Assembly: GCA_964421125.1 (NCBI GenBank)
Contig: CAYQVD010000006.1
Coordinates: forward strand, 1-63,005
Source of the DNA: an uncultured Bdellovibrionales bacterium
Lineage (GTDB): Bacteria; Patescibacteriota; Minisyncoccia; Moranbacterales; DUUL01
Length of the DNA: 63,005 nt
Direction: 5' to 3'
Positions 38,658-46,808 of the stretch are shown piece after piece. Under the pieces are notes generated by a model. It was not told the origin of the DNA. It saw nothing but the letters and a program-made list of their open reading frames with translations, and did no database searches. Both the position numbers and the translations under genes were made by a program. Numbering within the stretch: position 1 is the stretch's first letter; every line of letters starts with the position of its first letter.

Positions 38658-39020
38658 CTGGATCCCCGCTTCCGCGGGGATGACAGGGAGCAAGAAAAAC
38701 TGGATCCCCGCCCGTCTTGCCGAGTCGAGGCAGGCATACGCGAGGATGACAAGAAAGGAAACATTTGTAATTTGGGGCGTACGCATTGTCATTCCCGTGA
38801 AAACGGGAATCCAGAAGGAGTCCGAGGACATGAAAACTGGATCCCCGCATACGCGAGGATGACAAGATTAAAGGAAGACTGGACTTGATCTGCTGGAGTT
38901 TATCCGCTTTGGGCGGGCGAGGATGACAGGGAAAACGTATTGTCATTCCCAACTTGATTGGGAATCCAGAAAAAAGTCCGAGGACATGAGGACTGGATCC
39001 CCGCCTCCGCGAGGATGACA
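38658..39020. repeat. Array of 8 palindromic-repeat units in both orientations
   Basis: Units at 38658-38685, 38700-38751 (expanded loop), 38787-38814 (inverted), 38837-38864, 38893-38927 (degenerate), 38941-38969 (inverted) and 38993-39020. A composite ~80-nt unit is duplicated (38787-38866 and 38941-39022). Confidence 0.85.
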
Positions 39021-39096
39021 AGTTACCAATTACGATTTTATTTACAAACCGCAAAAAATCCTCTATTATTAAGATACTAATTATTAAGAAAAAAAA

Positions 39097-39645
39097 ATGA
39101 CATTTATTATTATTCTTGTCGTTGTAGCGTTGATTATTGTTTGGTTGATTGCTATTTATAACGGATTAATTAAACTTCGAAATAGAGTGGATGAAGCTTG
39201 GTCTGATATTGATGTTCAATTGAAGAGACGTTATGACTTGATTCCAAATTTAATTAATACGGTGAAGGGGTATGCTTCTCATGAAAAAGAAACTTTTCAA
39301 AATGTAACAGAGGCACGAGCAAGAGCGATGGGAGCGAAAGATGCTAAGGAACAGGCGCAAGCAGAAAATATGCTTTCAGATACATTGAAAAGTCTTTTTG
39401 CGGTTGCAGAAGCTTATCCAGAATTAAAAGCGAATGAGAATTTCCTTGAACTTCAACGAGAATTGACTGATACTGAAGATAAAATTCAGGCTTCTCGAAG
39501 ATTTTACAATGGGAATGTTAGGGATTTTAATACAAAAATTCAAGTTTTCCCAAACAATATGTTGGTAGGAATGTTTAGTTTCAAAGCATATGAATTCTTT
39601 GAAGCAGATGAGGCGGAGAAAGAAAATGTAAAAGTAGAATTTTAA
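39097..39645 (+). CDS. lemA: LemA family protein
   Basis: N-terminal TM, then YNGLIKLRNRVDEAWSDIDVQLKRRYDLIPNL and RRFYNGNVRDFN motifs. Confidence 0.85.
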   Translation: MTFIIILVVVALIIVWLIAIYNGLIKLRNRVDEAWSDIDVQLKRRYDLIPNLINTVKGYASHEKETFQNVTEARARAMGAKDAKEQAQAENMLSDTLKSLFAVAEAYPELKANENFLELQRELTDTEDKIQASRRFYNGNVRDFNTKIQVFPNNMLVGMFSFKAYEFFEADEAEKENVKVEF

Positions 39646-39650
39646 TATAA

Positions 39651-40550
39651 ATGACGCTTTACAACCAAAAAGACAAAAATGTTCGTTTGACGTGGGTTTA
39701 TCTTATCGGATTTTTGGTTTTTGTAATTGGTATTGGTTGGGTATTTTCTCAAGTAATGGGAAATCCAGGGATTCTTTATGGAGCAATTATTTTTGCGGTT
39801 GGAATGAATTTTGTGAGTTATTGGTGGAGTGATAAGATAGTTTTGAAAATGAGTGGTGCAAAAGAAGTGACGCATGAAAATGCTCGAGAGGTTTATCGGC
39901 TTGTTGAAAATTTGTGTATTACAGCAGGACTTCCGGTTCCTAAGATATATATTATTAATGATTCTGCTCCGAATGCTTTTGCAACGGGACGTGATGCAGA
40001 ACATGGAGTGATTGCTTTGACGACGGGGATTATTGAAAAACTTGAAAAAAGAGAATTAGAAGGAGTGATTGCTCATGAACTTTCGCATATTGGAAATCGA
40101 GACATTCTTTTGGGAACAGTGGTGACAGTTTTAGTGGGATTTGTTGCACTTCTTTCTGATTGGTTTTTGCGGTGGAGTATTTTTGGGAATAGAGGAGGAG
40201 ATAGTGATGACAATAAATCGAAGCTTATTTTTACCGTGATAGCTTTAGTCTTAGCGATTCTTGCTCCAATTGTTGCGATGTTAATGCAGATGGCAATTTC
40301 AAGAAAAAGAGAATATTTGGCAGATGCTGATGGGGCGCTTTTGACTCGTTTTCCAGAGGGATTAGCGAGTGCATTGGAAAAGATTTCAAATGATCCAGAT
40401 GTATTAGAAGTTGCTAATAAGGCTACAGCTCATATGTATATTTCAAATCCATTAAAGGGAAAGAAAGGGAAAGGATTTGTGGCAAAAATGTTTATGACCC
40501 ACCCACCAATTCAAGAAAGAATTGCCAAACTTCGAGGGATGGATATATAA
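39651..40550 (+). CDS. htpX: HtpX-like M48 zinc metalloprotease
   Basis: HELSHIGNRD zinc motif, 4 TM segments and C-terminal MTHPPIQERIAKL. Confidence 0.9.
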   Translation: MTLYNQKDKNVRLTWVYLIGFLVFVIGIGWVFSQVMGNPGILYGAIIFAVGMNFVSYWWSDKIVLKMSGAKEVTHENAREVYRLVENLCITAGLPVPKIYIINDSAPNAFATGRDAEHGVIALTTGIIEKLEKRELEGVIAHELSHIGNRDILLGTVVTVLVGFVALLSDWFLRWSIFGNRGGDSDDNKSKLIFTVIALVLAILAPIVAMLMQMAISRKREYLADADGALLTRFPEGLASALEKISNDPDVLEVANKATAHMYISNPLKGKKGKGFVAKMFMTHPPIQERIAKLRGMDI

Positions 40551-40648
40551 TTAGAATCTTGAATTTAGAATTTTGAATTTGGAATGGGAATTAAGAATGA
40601 AGAATTTTTCAATAGTTCATCATTTTAGTTGGGGTTGGTAGGCGGGCA

Positions 40649-40706
40649 GACCCACCCACCAATTCAAGAAAGAATTGCAAGGCTTTGTGGGATGGATATG
40701 AAGTAA
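40649..40706 (+). pseudogene. Orphan htpX 3'-end fragment (copy 2)
   Basis: gacccacccaccaattcaagaaagaattgc matches 40497-40526 exactly, then diverges. It encodes THPPIQERIARLCGMDMK-stop. Confidence 0.8.
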
Positions 40707-40778
40707 AACAAGTATGCAGTCAATTGCTCTTTTTTCTTTTCTAGTCTAAAATAAATACATAATCAGCTAAATAAAAAT

Positions 40779-41429
40779 ATGAAAAAGATCTTTCCAATTA
40801 TTATTTTCGCGGTAGCTATAACATTGGGTGGCTGTGGGCAAAAAACCGATAATCAAACCAATAAACTAAATAGCCAAGTGAATAAAGCAAAGGAAGTTAC
40901 CGGGCAAGATAATCAACAAAAGAATGTTGAGAAAAATAATAATGTTGAGAAAAATAATGTGGCTAAAGTGGCGAAGACTTCTATAGAAGCAATGCTTCAA
41001 TCAGGTAGTCAAGTAAGTTGTAAGTTTACTACCAGCGATTATGATAATGGGATTATTTTTATTTCTAATGAAGGCAAACAGTTGCTTATAAAAATTGAAA
41101 TAATTAATCCTGGAATTCTTATTTTTTCAAATCTACTTTTTGATTTTGAAAAAAATATCGCTTATTCTTGGATTGAGAATCCAGAAAGTAGAACATCAGG
41201 CCGAAACAGTGTAAGTAAAACGAGCCTTGATAATTTTATGAATAAATACGGTAAAGATAACTCTAGACCAGGGATAAATCTTAAGAAAGAGTTTGATTAT
41301 TATTGCAATTCTTGGGACATGGACCCTAAAGTAATTGATCCATTTAGTCCACCTAAAAATTCTGATTTTATCGATAAAGATGATATGCAAGAAGTAATAG
41401 AAAAGTTGACTTCTAATTTAAGAATGTAA
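40779..41429 (+). CDS. Lipoprotein, function unknown
   Basis: Signal peptide with lipobox ITLGGC. Confidence 0.65.
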   Translation: MKKIFPIIIFAVAITLGGCGQKTDNQTNKLNSQVNKAKEVTGQDNQQKNVEKNNNVEKNNVAKVAKTSIEAMLQSGSQVSCKFTTSDYDNGIIFISNEGKQLLIKIEIINPGILIFSNLLFDFEKNIAYSWIENPESRTSGRNSVSKTSLDNFMNKYGKDNSRPGINLKKEFDYYCNSWDMDPKVIDPFSPPKNSDFIDKDDMQEVIEKLTSNLRM

Positions 41430-41432
41430 TTA

Positions 41433-41546
41433 TTTTCTAATATCAAGCCGGTAACTAGCACAAAGGCAAAAAAAATGATGAAGATGTTTATGACTCATCC
41501 TCTGGTTGAAGATAGAATCGCAAAGCTTCGAAATATGTCTATTTAA
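41433..41546 (+). pseudogene. Orphan htpX 3'-end fragment (copy 3, diverged)
   Basis: Translates to FSNIKPVTSTKAKKMMKMFMTHPLVEDRIAKLRNMSI-stop. This is colinear with the HtpX C-terminus YISNPLKGKKGKGFVAKMFMTHPPIQERIAKLRGMDI. Confidence 0.75.
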
Positions 41547-41585
41547 AATTTTAATAAAAATAAACTAGAAAGGCAGGTGAATATT

Positions 41586-42098
41586 ATGGAAGAACAAAAA
41601 AATATGCAAAGTGAAGATCAGACTGCGTCAGAAGCTTCTCAATCACAGGAGATGCCTCAGGCTCAAGAAAATGTTCAATCTGAGTCACAGCCAGTTGCGT
41701 CTGAAGAGTCGCAAACAGCTCCTCGGGCTGAACAACCAGCTCAGCAAGAAGGAACCGGAGCGACTGATAATGGAAAAATTTGGGGAATTCTTGGATACAT
41801 CATTCCAATTATTTTCTTTATCCCTCTAGTGATGGATGACTTAAAGAGTAATCCTTATTCAAAATTTCATGCTGGTCAACAGCTTAATCTTTTGATTCTT
41901 GGAATTGTAGGATGGGTTATTATGTTGGTTTTAAGTGGAATTCTAGTTTTCACTGTAGTGCTAATCCCTTTGATTCCTATTTTGTGGTTAATTTTTCAGG
42001 TTATTGTTGTTATACTTGCTATTATGGGAATTATTAACGCAGCCAAAGGTGAACAAAAGAAGCTACCACTTATTGGTAAATTTAAACTTATAAAATAA
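41586..42098 (+). CDS. DUF4870-like small membrane protein with a Q/E/S-rich N-terminus
   Basis: GKIWGILGYIIPIIFFIPLV...HAGQQLNL signature and 3 TM segments. ATG 41586 is preferred over GTG 41577. Confidence 0.6.
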   Translation: MEEQKNMQSEDQTASEASQSQEMPQAQENVQSESQPVASEESQTAPRAEQPAQQEGTGATDNGKIWGILGYIIPIIFFIPLVMDDLKSNPYSKFHAGQQLNLLILGIVGWVIMLVLSGILVFTVVLIPLIPILWLIFQVIVVILAIMGIINAAKGEQKKLPLIGKFKLIK

Positions 42099-42186
42099 TT
42101 GTTTAATTGTTTTATAGCTTGATTGCTGAACCATTTTTTGGTTTAGCAATTGGCTGTGTAACAATTAGAATAAAATAAAAAATAAT

Positions 42187-42540
42187 TGTCATTTCCATGA
42201 AAATGGGAATCCAGATTAGAATGAATAGCAAAAACTATTTTGTATATATTCTAGCCAGTAAAAGAAATGGAACTTTGTATATTGGAGTGACCAATGATTT
42301 ATTGAGAAGAGTTTATGAGCATAAATCTGGTGAAGTGAAAGGATTTACGAAAAAATACAAAGTTGATAAATTAGTATGGTATGAAGAAGGAGGAGATATT
42401 AACGCAGCAATTTATAGAGAAAAACAACTAAAGAAATGGAATAGAAAGTGGAAGTTAAAAATAATAGAAGAATTTAATCCTAATTGGGAGGACTTATATT
42501 TTAACCTGATTTCTGGATCCCCGCATACGCGAGGATGACA
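42187..42540. mobile_element. GIY-YIG gene bracketed by two inverted palindromic-repeat copies; candidate mobile unit
   Basis: tgtcatttccatgaaaatgggaatccag (42187-42214) and ctggatccccgcatacgcgaggatgaca (42513-42540) flank the ORF in inverted orientation. Confidence 0.45.
42221..42538 (+). CDS. GIY-YIG nuclease superfamily protein (small stand-alone type)
   Basis: YFVYILASKRNGTLYIGVTNDLLRRVYEHK...GFTKKY...LVWYE...REKQLKKW. The ORF track start at 42197 lies inside the repeat, so ATG 42221 is more likely. The last ~9 codons read through the downstream repeat. Confidence 0.8.
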   Translation: MNSKNYFVYILASKRNGTLYIGVTNDLLRRVYEHKSGEVKGFTKKYKVDKLVWYEEGGDINAAIYREKQLKKWNRKWKLKIIEEFNPNWEDLYFNLISGSPHTRG

Positions 42541-42584
42541 AAGTTAAATATGAATATCTATATTTATTTGAATAAATATAAAAA

Positions 42585-43841
42585 ATGAAAAGAACAAAAA
42601 TCGTTGCTACTATTGGTCCGGCCTCAGAAAGTACTGAAGCATTGAAGGATATGGTTGAAAATGGTATGAATGTTTGCCGGTTGAATTTTTCGCATAATAA
42701 TTATGAATGGCATAAAAAAACAATTGCGAAAATTCGGAGGGTGAGCAAGCAAAAGAGAAGGCATATTGGAATTATGGCTGATATTCAAGGACCAAGAATC
42801 CGAGTGGCAAGTAAAAGAAAAATTGAAATTGAGAAAGGAGGTAAGGTTTTTTTAACTGATGAAAAAAGTCAAACAAAACATCAATATAAAAAAGAATTGA
42901 TGCTTGATTGGGATAATTTTTATTCTTTTGTTCACAAGGGAAATCGAGTTTTTGTTGAAGATGGATTGATGGAGTTGAAGATCTTAAAACGAGTTTCTGG
43001 TGGTTGTGTTGCTGAAGTTTTGACAGGAGGAATCGTAGATCCACGGAAGGGAGTGAATATTCCATCAATTTCAAAACATCTCGGGTTTCTGACGGCTAAG
43101 GATTTGAATGATTTGCAATTCATTATGTCTCAAGATGTTGATTTTGTAGCAGCTTCTTTTGTTAGTCGTGGGAAAGATATAAAAAATCTTCGAAATGTTA
43201 TGAAAGGAATTTTAGAGAGAGATAAGATAAAAAATAAAAAAAGAATGCCTTGGATTGTGTCAAAAATGGAAAATCAAGCAGCTATTGAAAATTTTGATAG
43301 TATTGTAAAAGAAACAGATGTAGTTATGGTGGCTCGAGGTGATTTAGCGATTGAAATGCCACAGGAAAAGGTTGGGATTTTTCAGAAGGGTATTATCAAG
43401 AAATGCATTAGACATAAAAAACCAGTGATTGTGGCAACACAAATGATGGCTTCAATGATGGAAAGTGCTCGACCAACTCGGGCTGAAATTTCTGATGTGA
43501 CCAATGCTGTGGTGGATCAAGCGGATGCAGTAATGCTTTCTGGTGAAACGGCTTCAGGAAAGTATCCTAAGAAAGTAATTGAGACGATGAGTGATATATT
43601 GAAATCAGCAGAGGAATCTCCATATAATGATTTAAAGTTGAAAAAAACAAATCAATTTGCTAGGATGATTTATCGTTTGAGAAATAATAAGAAAAAGGGA
43701 TTGAGAAAAATTATTCAAGCGAAAACTCTCAATGAAGCACTTGGACTTTCATCCTTACGACAAGAAGATGTTAAGATTCACTTATTGACCAGAAAAGCTG
43801 ATCAGAAAAATAAAGCGACTGTTATTTGGGGGGTGGATTGA
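42585..43841 (+). CDS. pyk: Pyruvate kinase (short form)
   Basis: MKRTKIVATIGPAS, NVCRLNFSHN, MVARGDLAIE and ATQMMASM motifs. Confidence 0.9.
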   Translation: MKRTKIVATIGPASESTEALKDMVENGMNVCRLNFSHNNYEWHKKTIAKIRRVSKQKRRHIGIMADIQGPRIRVASKRKIEIEKGGKVFLTDEKSQTKHQYKKELMLDWDNFYSFVHKGNRVFVEDGLMELKILKRVSGGCVAEVLTGGIVDPRKGVNIPSISKHLGFLTAKDLNDLQFIMSQDVDFVAASFVSRGKDIKNLRNVMKGILERDKIKNKKRMPWIVSKMENQAAIENFDSIVKETDVVMVARGDLAIEMPQEKVGIFQKGIIKKCIRHKKPVIVATQMMASMMESARPTRAEISDVTNAVVDQADAVMLSGETASGKYPKKVIETMSDILKSAEESPYNDLKLKKTNQFARMIYRLRNNKKKGLRKIIQAKTLNEALGLSSLRQEDVKIHLLTRKADQKNKATVIWGVD

Positions 43842-43883
43842 TAAGCTAAGACATAATTTTAATAAAAATATAAATTAAAAAAG

Positions 43884-44132
43884 ATGAGTAATAAGGAAAA
43901 TGAAATTATGGACTTTAGTGATGCCCTTGATGATAAAGATGGAATTGATAAAGTTAAAGGGGTTGATGAATTTGATTTAAATAAAAAAAAGAAAGTAATG
44001 TTATTTGTTGTTTTTCTGATCGCTTTTATATTTTTTTTATATTTTTTAAGATTTAATAAGAATTCTTTAACAGAAGAATATAATCCTAGTACTAGGTATG
44101 GCGGTCAGGAGTTGCCAGATAGTTATCGTTAA
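43884..44132 (+). CDS. Small membrane protein, unknown function
   Basis: 82 aa with one TM (VMLFVVFLIAFIFFLYFL). Confidence 0.4.
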   Translation: MSNKENEIMDFSDALDDKDGIDKVKGVDEFDLNKKKKVMLFVVFLIAFIFFLYFLRFNKNSLTEEYNPSTRYGGQELPDSYR

Positions 44133-44143
44133 TTTATTTTGTA

Positions 44144-44716
44144 ATGAATAAAGATTTTAAAAAAAGATATAGCAGAAATACTGGCTTTACTTTAATAGAA
44201 CTTTTGGTTGTTATTGCTATTATTGGAATTTTAGCTGGAGTTGTGCTTATTAGTCTTAATAGTGTTCGTGAGAGAGCAAGAGATTCTAGGAGAATAACTG
44301 AAATAAATAGTTTAATAACTGCTATTGATGCATATATAATTGCTGAGGGAGAGCTTCCGGGAGGTGCTGATAACGCAGGGGTGGAAGTAAGTTCTAGTTG
44401 TTCAAGTGATTTTAAAGATGATCTAATTAATAGGGGTTATATGTCTGATGCTCCTAGTGATCCCAAGGGAGATAGTATTTGTTCGAATTTTGGTGATGAT
44501 GATTTTTTTTATGGGTGGGATTCCAGTCATTGTTGTGAAGGATCGTATTGTATTTCAATAAATAGACTTGAAACTGAATGGGCAATACAGAAGCTTGATG
44601 GTAAGTATCCAGATAATGACGGGGATTTAAGTAATGGTGTCCAATATGCTACTGGTGGAGGGGATGCTAATATCGGAACAGGTGATGATTTTAATTATTG
44701 TTTTGTTAAAAATTAA
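44144..44716 (+). CDS. Prepilin-type (GspG/PulG-like N-terminus) protein outside the main pilus locus
   Basis: TGFTLIELLVVIAIIGILAGVVLISLNSVRERARD. Cys-rich C-terminal domain. Confidence 0.75.
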   Translation: MNKDFKKRYSRNTGFTLIELLVVIAIIGILAGVVLISLNSVRERARDSRRITEINSLITAIDAYIIAEGELPGGADNAGVEVSSSCSSDFKDDLINRGYMSDAPSDPKGDSICSNFGDDDFFYGWDSSHCCEGSYCISINRLETEWAIQKLDGKYPDNDGDLSNGVQYATGGGDANIGTGDDFNYCFVKN

Positions 44717-44842
44717 ATTTAACTTATAGGTCAAAAAAGTAGTTATGTTATTATTTTCTGACTTAAGAAGGAAGAGTTAAAAAGTATGGATAGTAAGAGG
44801 GAATATTATTTGAAAGATTGAGAAAGAAATAATTGATGTTAT

Positions 44843-44928
44843 GGAAGATTCGCCTAGTGGTCTATGGCACTTGCTTGGAAAGCAAGCGGGTTTTAAAGCC
44901 CACGTGGGTTCGAATCCCACATCTTCCG
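44843..44928 (+). tRNA. tRNA-Ser(GGA)
   Basis: GGAAGAT acceptor stem, anticodon stem-loop cttgc-TTGGAAA-gcaag, long variable arm, GGTTCGAATCCC T-arm, ATCTTCCG 3' end. Confidence 0.9.
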
Positions 44929-44949
44929 CAGATTTAAATAAAAAAATAA

Positions 44950-45645
44950 ATGCCAAAAATTAAAAAACAACTTTTAAAAACACATACTTTGATAATTTCA
45001 GATATTCATCTGGGGTCTTCGGTGGCTCAGCCAAAGAAAGTTTTGGAAACTTTGAAGAAATATTCTTTTAAAAAGCTAATTTTATTAGGGGATGTTTTTG
45101 ATAATTTGAATTTTAAGAATCTTTCTCAAGATGGGTGGGAGTTGCTTCAGTATTTTGGAAAACTTTCAAAAACAAAAAAAGTTCGTTGGGTGGAAGGGAA
45201 TCATGACAAGGGGCTATCTGAGATTATAAGTGCGTTGGTTGGGGCAAAAATAAAAAAGGTTTATCATTGGCAATACAAAAAAGAAAAGTACTTAGCAATC
45301 CACGGACATCAATTTGATAGATTCTTAGTTGATAATGTTATAATAAGTTATATGGCAACGGTTTTATATAATCTTCTTCAAAAAATTGACTTCAAGGACA
45401 AGCGAATGAGCCGTTTTGTAAAGAGAAGAAGCAAGGGTTGGTTGAAAATTTCTGAAAAAGTTTTTAAATCAGCTATTTTATTTGGAAAATTAAAAGGAGC
45501 TCAATATGTTTTTTGTGGACATACTCATAGAGCAATGAAGAAAACTCGATATGGGATAAAATATTATAATAGTGGAGGTTGGGTTGATACCCCTTGTTCT
45601 TATATTACGATTGATGATAATGGCATAAAGATTCATAAGGTCTAA
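44950..45645 (+). CDS. Calcineurin-like metallophosphoesterase
   Basis: ISDIHLG, GDVFD, GNHD, HGH and GHTH motif series. Confidence 0.8.
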   Translation: MPKIKKQLLKTHTLIISDIHLGSSVAQPKKVLETLKKYSFKKLILLGDVFDNLNFKNLSQDGWELLQYFGKLSKTKKVRWVEGNHDKGLSEIISALVGAKIKKVYHWQYKKEKYLAIHGHQFDRFLVDNVIISYMATVLYNLLQKIDFKDKRMSRFVKRRSKGWLKISEKVFKSAILFGKLKGAQYVFCGHTHRAMKKTRYGIKYYNSGGWVDTPCSYITIDDNGIKIHKV

Positions 45646-45676
45646 TTTCATATGAATTTTTTTAGAAATATAATTT

Positions 45677-46615
45677 ATGAAAAACAAGAAAGCTATTTTT
45701 GTTAATGTCGTAGTGAGACAAAGAAAATTTAGGACAATCCTTATCCTAATAATATTCTTTTCAGGAATATTTTTTGGGAGTCCAGTTTCAAAAGCCGCTA
45801 TTATTTGGGGTGATAATTTTGATAGTCAGCCGGATTGGGATATGTCACAAAGTGCAGATTTATTAAGTTTTTGGACTGGTAAATTAGGAGAAAATCGAGG
45901 TGGTGATTATGAGGTGGGATATATTAATACAAATGGAGCGCATGGTGTTAGCGGTAAGGGTTTTATTCAGTATTGGGATCAGGTTGATGGTGGATATGCC
46001 CAAGATAGTTGGTTGACTGCGCAGGATGTAATTGATTTTCCAAATGAATGGTATATGGGCTATTGGTTTAAAGTTGATCCTAATTGGGACTTGGGTGATT
46101 TGACTTCTGTCAAAATTATGAAAATTCATTTCAACGATGGGACAACTTGGGATTTATATTGGACGAATTTTATTGCTAGTTGTGGTGACTCTTGGTGTAA
46201 TGCAGACGCATCTTGCGAATTTCAAATATCATCGGACGAGTGGGCGAAGAAAGTCTTTGGTTGCTGGAGCGAGATTGAAGATTCTTTGTCTGGACCAAAT
46301 AATGATGGTTGGAATTATTTCATTTGGCATTTTAATCACTCTGAGAATTTAGTTGAATTAGAGATTGATGGTGTTGACGCTGTGCGGGTCGCACCGAGTG
46401 TTTTATCAGAATTTCCAGGGACTGGTTGGGATGGTTCTTATGGGTTAAGTTTCGGTGGTAATGTGACTAATGGCGGAGGCGGAGTTGATGAAATGTGGCA
46501 GGCTTATGATGATGTTGTAATTACGACGACTAAGGAAGATACGGAAGATTTTTTGGGAATAGCAGAAGCTGACACTACTCCACCATCTTATCCAACAGGA
46601 TTGAGTGTGGAATAG
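45677..46615 (+). CDS. Secreted protein, unknown fold, with the shared C-terminal tail TPPSYPTGLSVE
   Basis: Signal/anchor FRTILILIIFFSGIFFGSPVSKA. W/D/G-rich body. The last 12 aa and the 3' flank are shared with the next two genes. Confidence 0.6.
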   Translation: MKNKKAIFVNVVVRQRKFRTILILIIFFSGIFFGSPVSKAAIIWGDNFDSQPDWDMSQSADLLSFWTGKLGENRGGDYEVGYINTNGAHGVSGKGFIQYWDQVDGGYAQDSWLTAQDVIDFPNEWYMGYWFKVDPNWDLGDLTSVKIMKIHFNDGTTWDLYWTNFIASCGDSWCNADASCEFQISSDEWAKKVFGCWSEIEDSLSGPNNDGWNYFIWHFNHSENLVELEIDGVDAVRVAPSVLSEFPGTGWDGSYGLSFGGNVTNGGGGVDEMWQAYDDVVITTTKEDTEDFLGIAEADTTPPSYPTGLSVE

Positions 46616-46808
46616 GAAAGCAAATTTCCAATTTCCAATTTCCAATTTTCAAACGATTTCCAATTTCCAAATGTCTAAATTTACAAAACACAAAAAAGTT
46701 TATTTACCCTATGGAATAAAAATGATTACATCTTTAATTTTTCAAAGAAAAAATTATTCCACAGGGTAAGTAAAGTTTTCAAAAGAATTAAAATAAATTA
46801 AAAAAATT
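46570..46808 (+). repeat. Conserved cassette junction, copy 1 (C-terminal tail coding sequence plus ~190-nt intergenic module)
   Basis: Near-identical to 48143-48370. Contains the 8-nt tandem repeat (tttccaat)x3 and the hairpin 46705-46768 (taccctatggaataa / ttattccacagggta). Confidence 0.8.

Noticed and set aside
38507-39054. Three overlapping ORFs (85, 65 and 138 aa, minus strand) and a 60-aa plus-strand ORF across the intergenic region after the pilin genes
   Set aside because: They are read-through translations of the palindromic repeat array (peptides such as GSSPHVLG and CHPRGSGDPVF). There are no start contexts, they overlap each other, and they are built from repeat hairpins.
46613-46680. 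TAG read-through or recoding extending the PTGLSVE proteins into an FN3 domain
   Set aside because: The in-frame downstream sequence is low-complexity repeat (ESKFPISNFQF...) and hits another stop after 11-21 codons in the first two genes. TAG also terminates other normal genes here, and nothing FN3-like follows.
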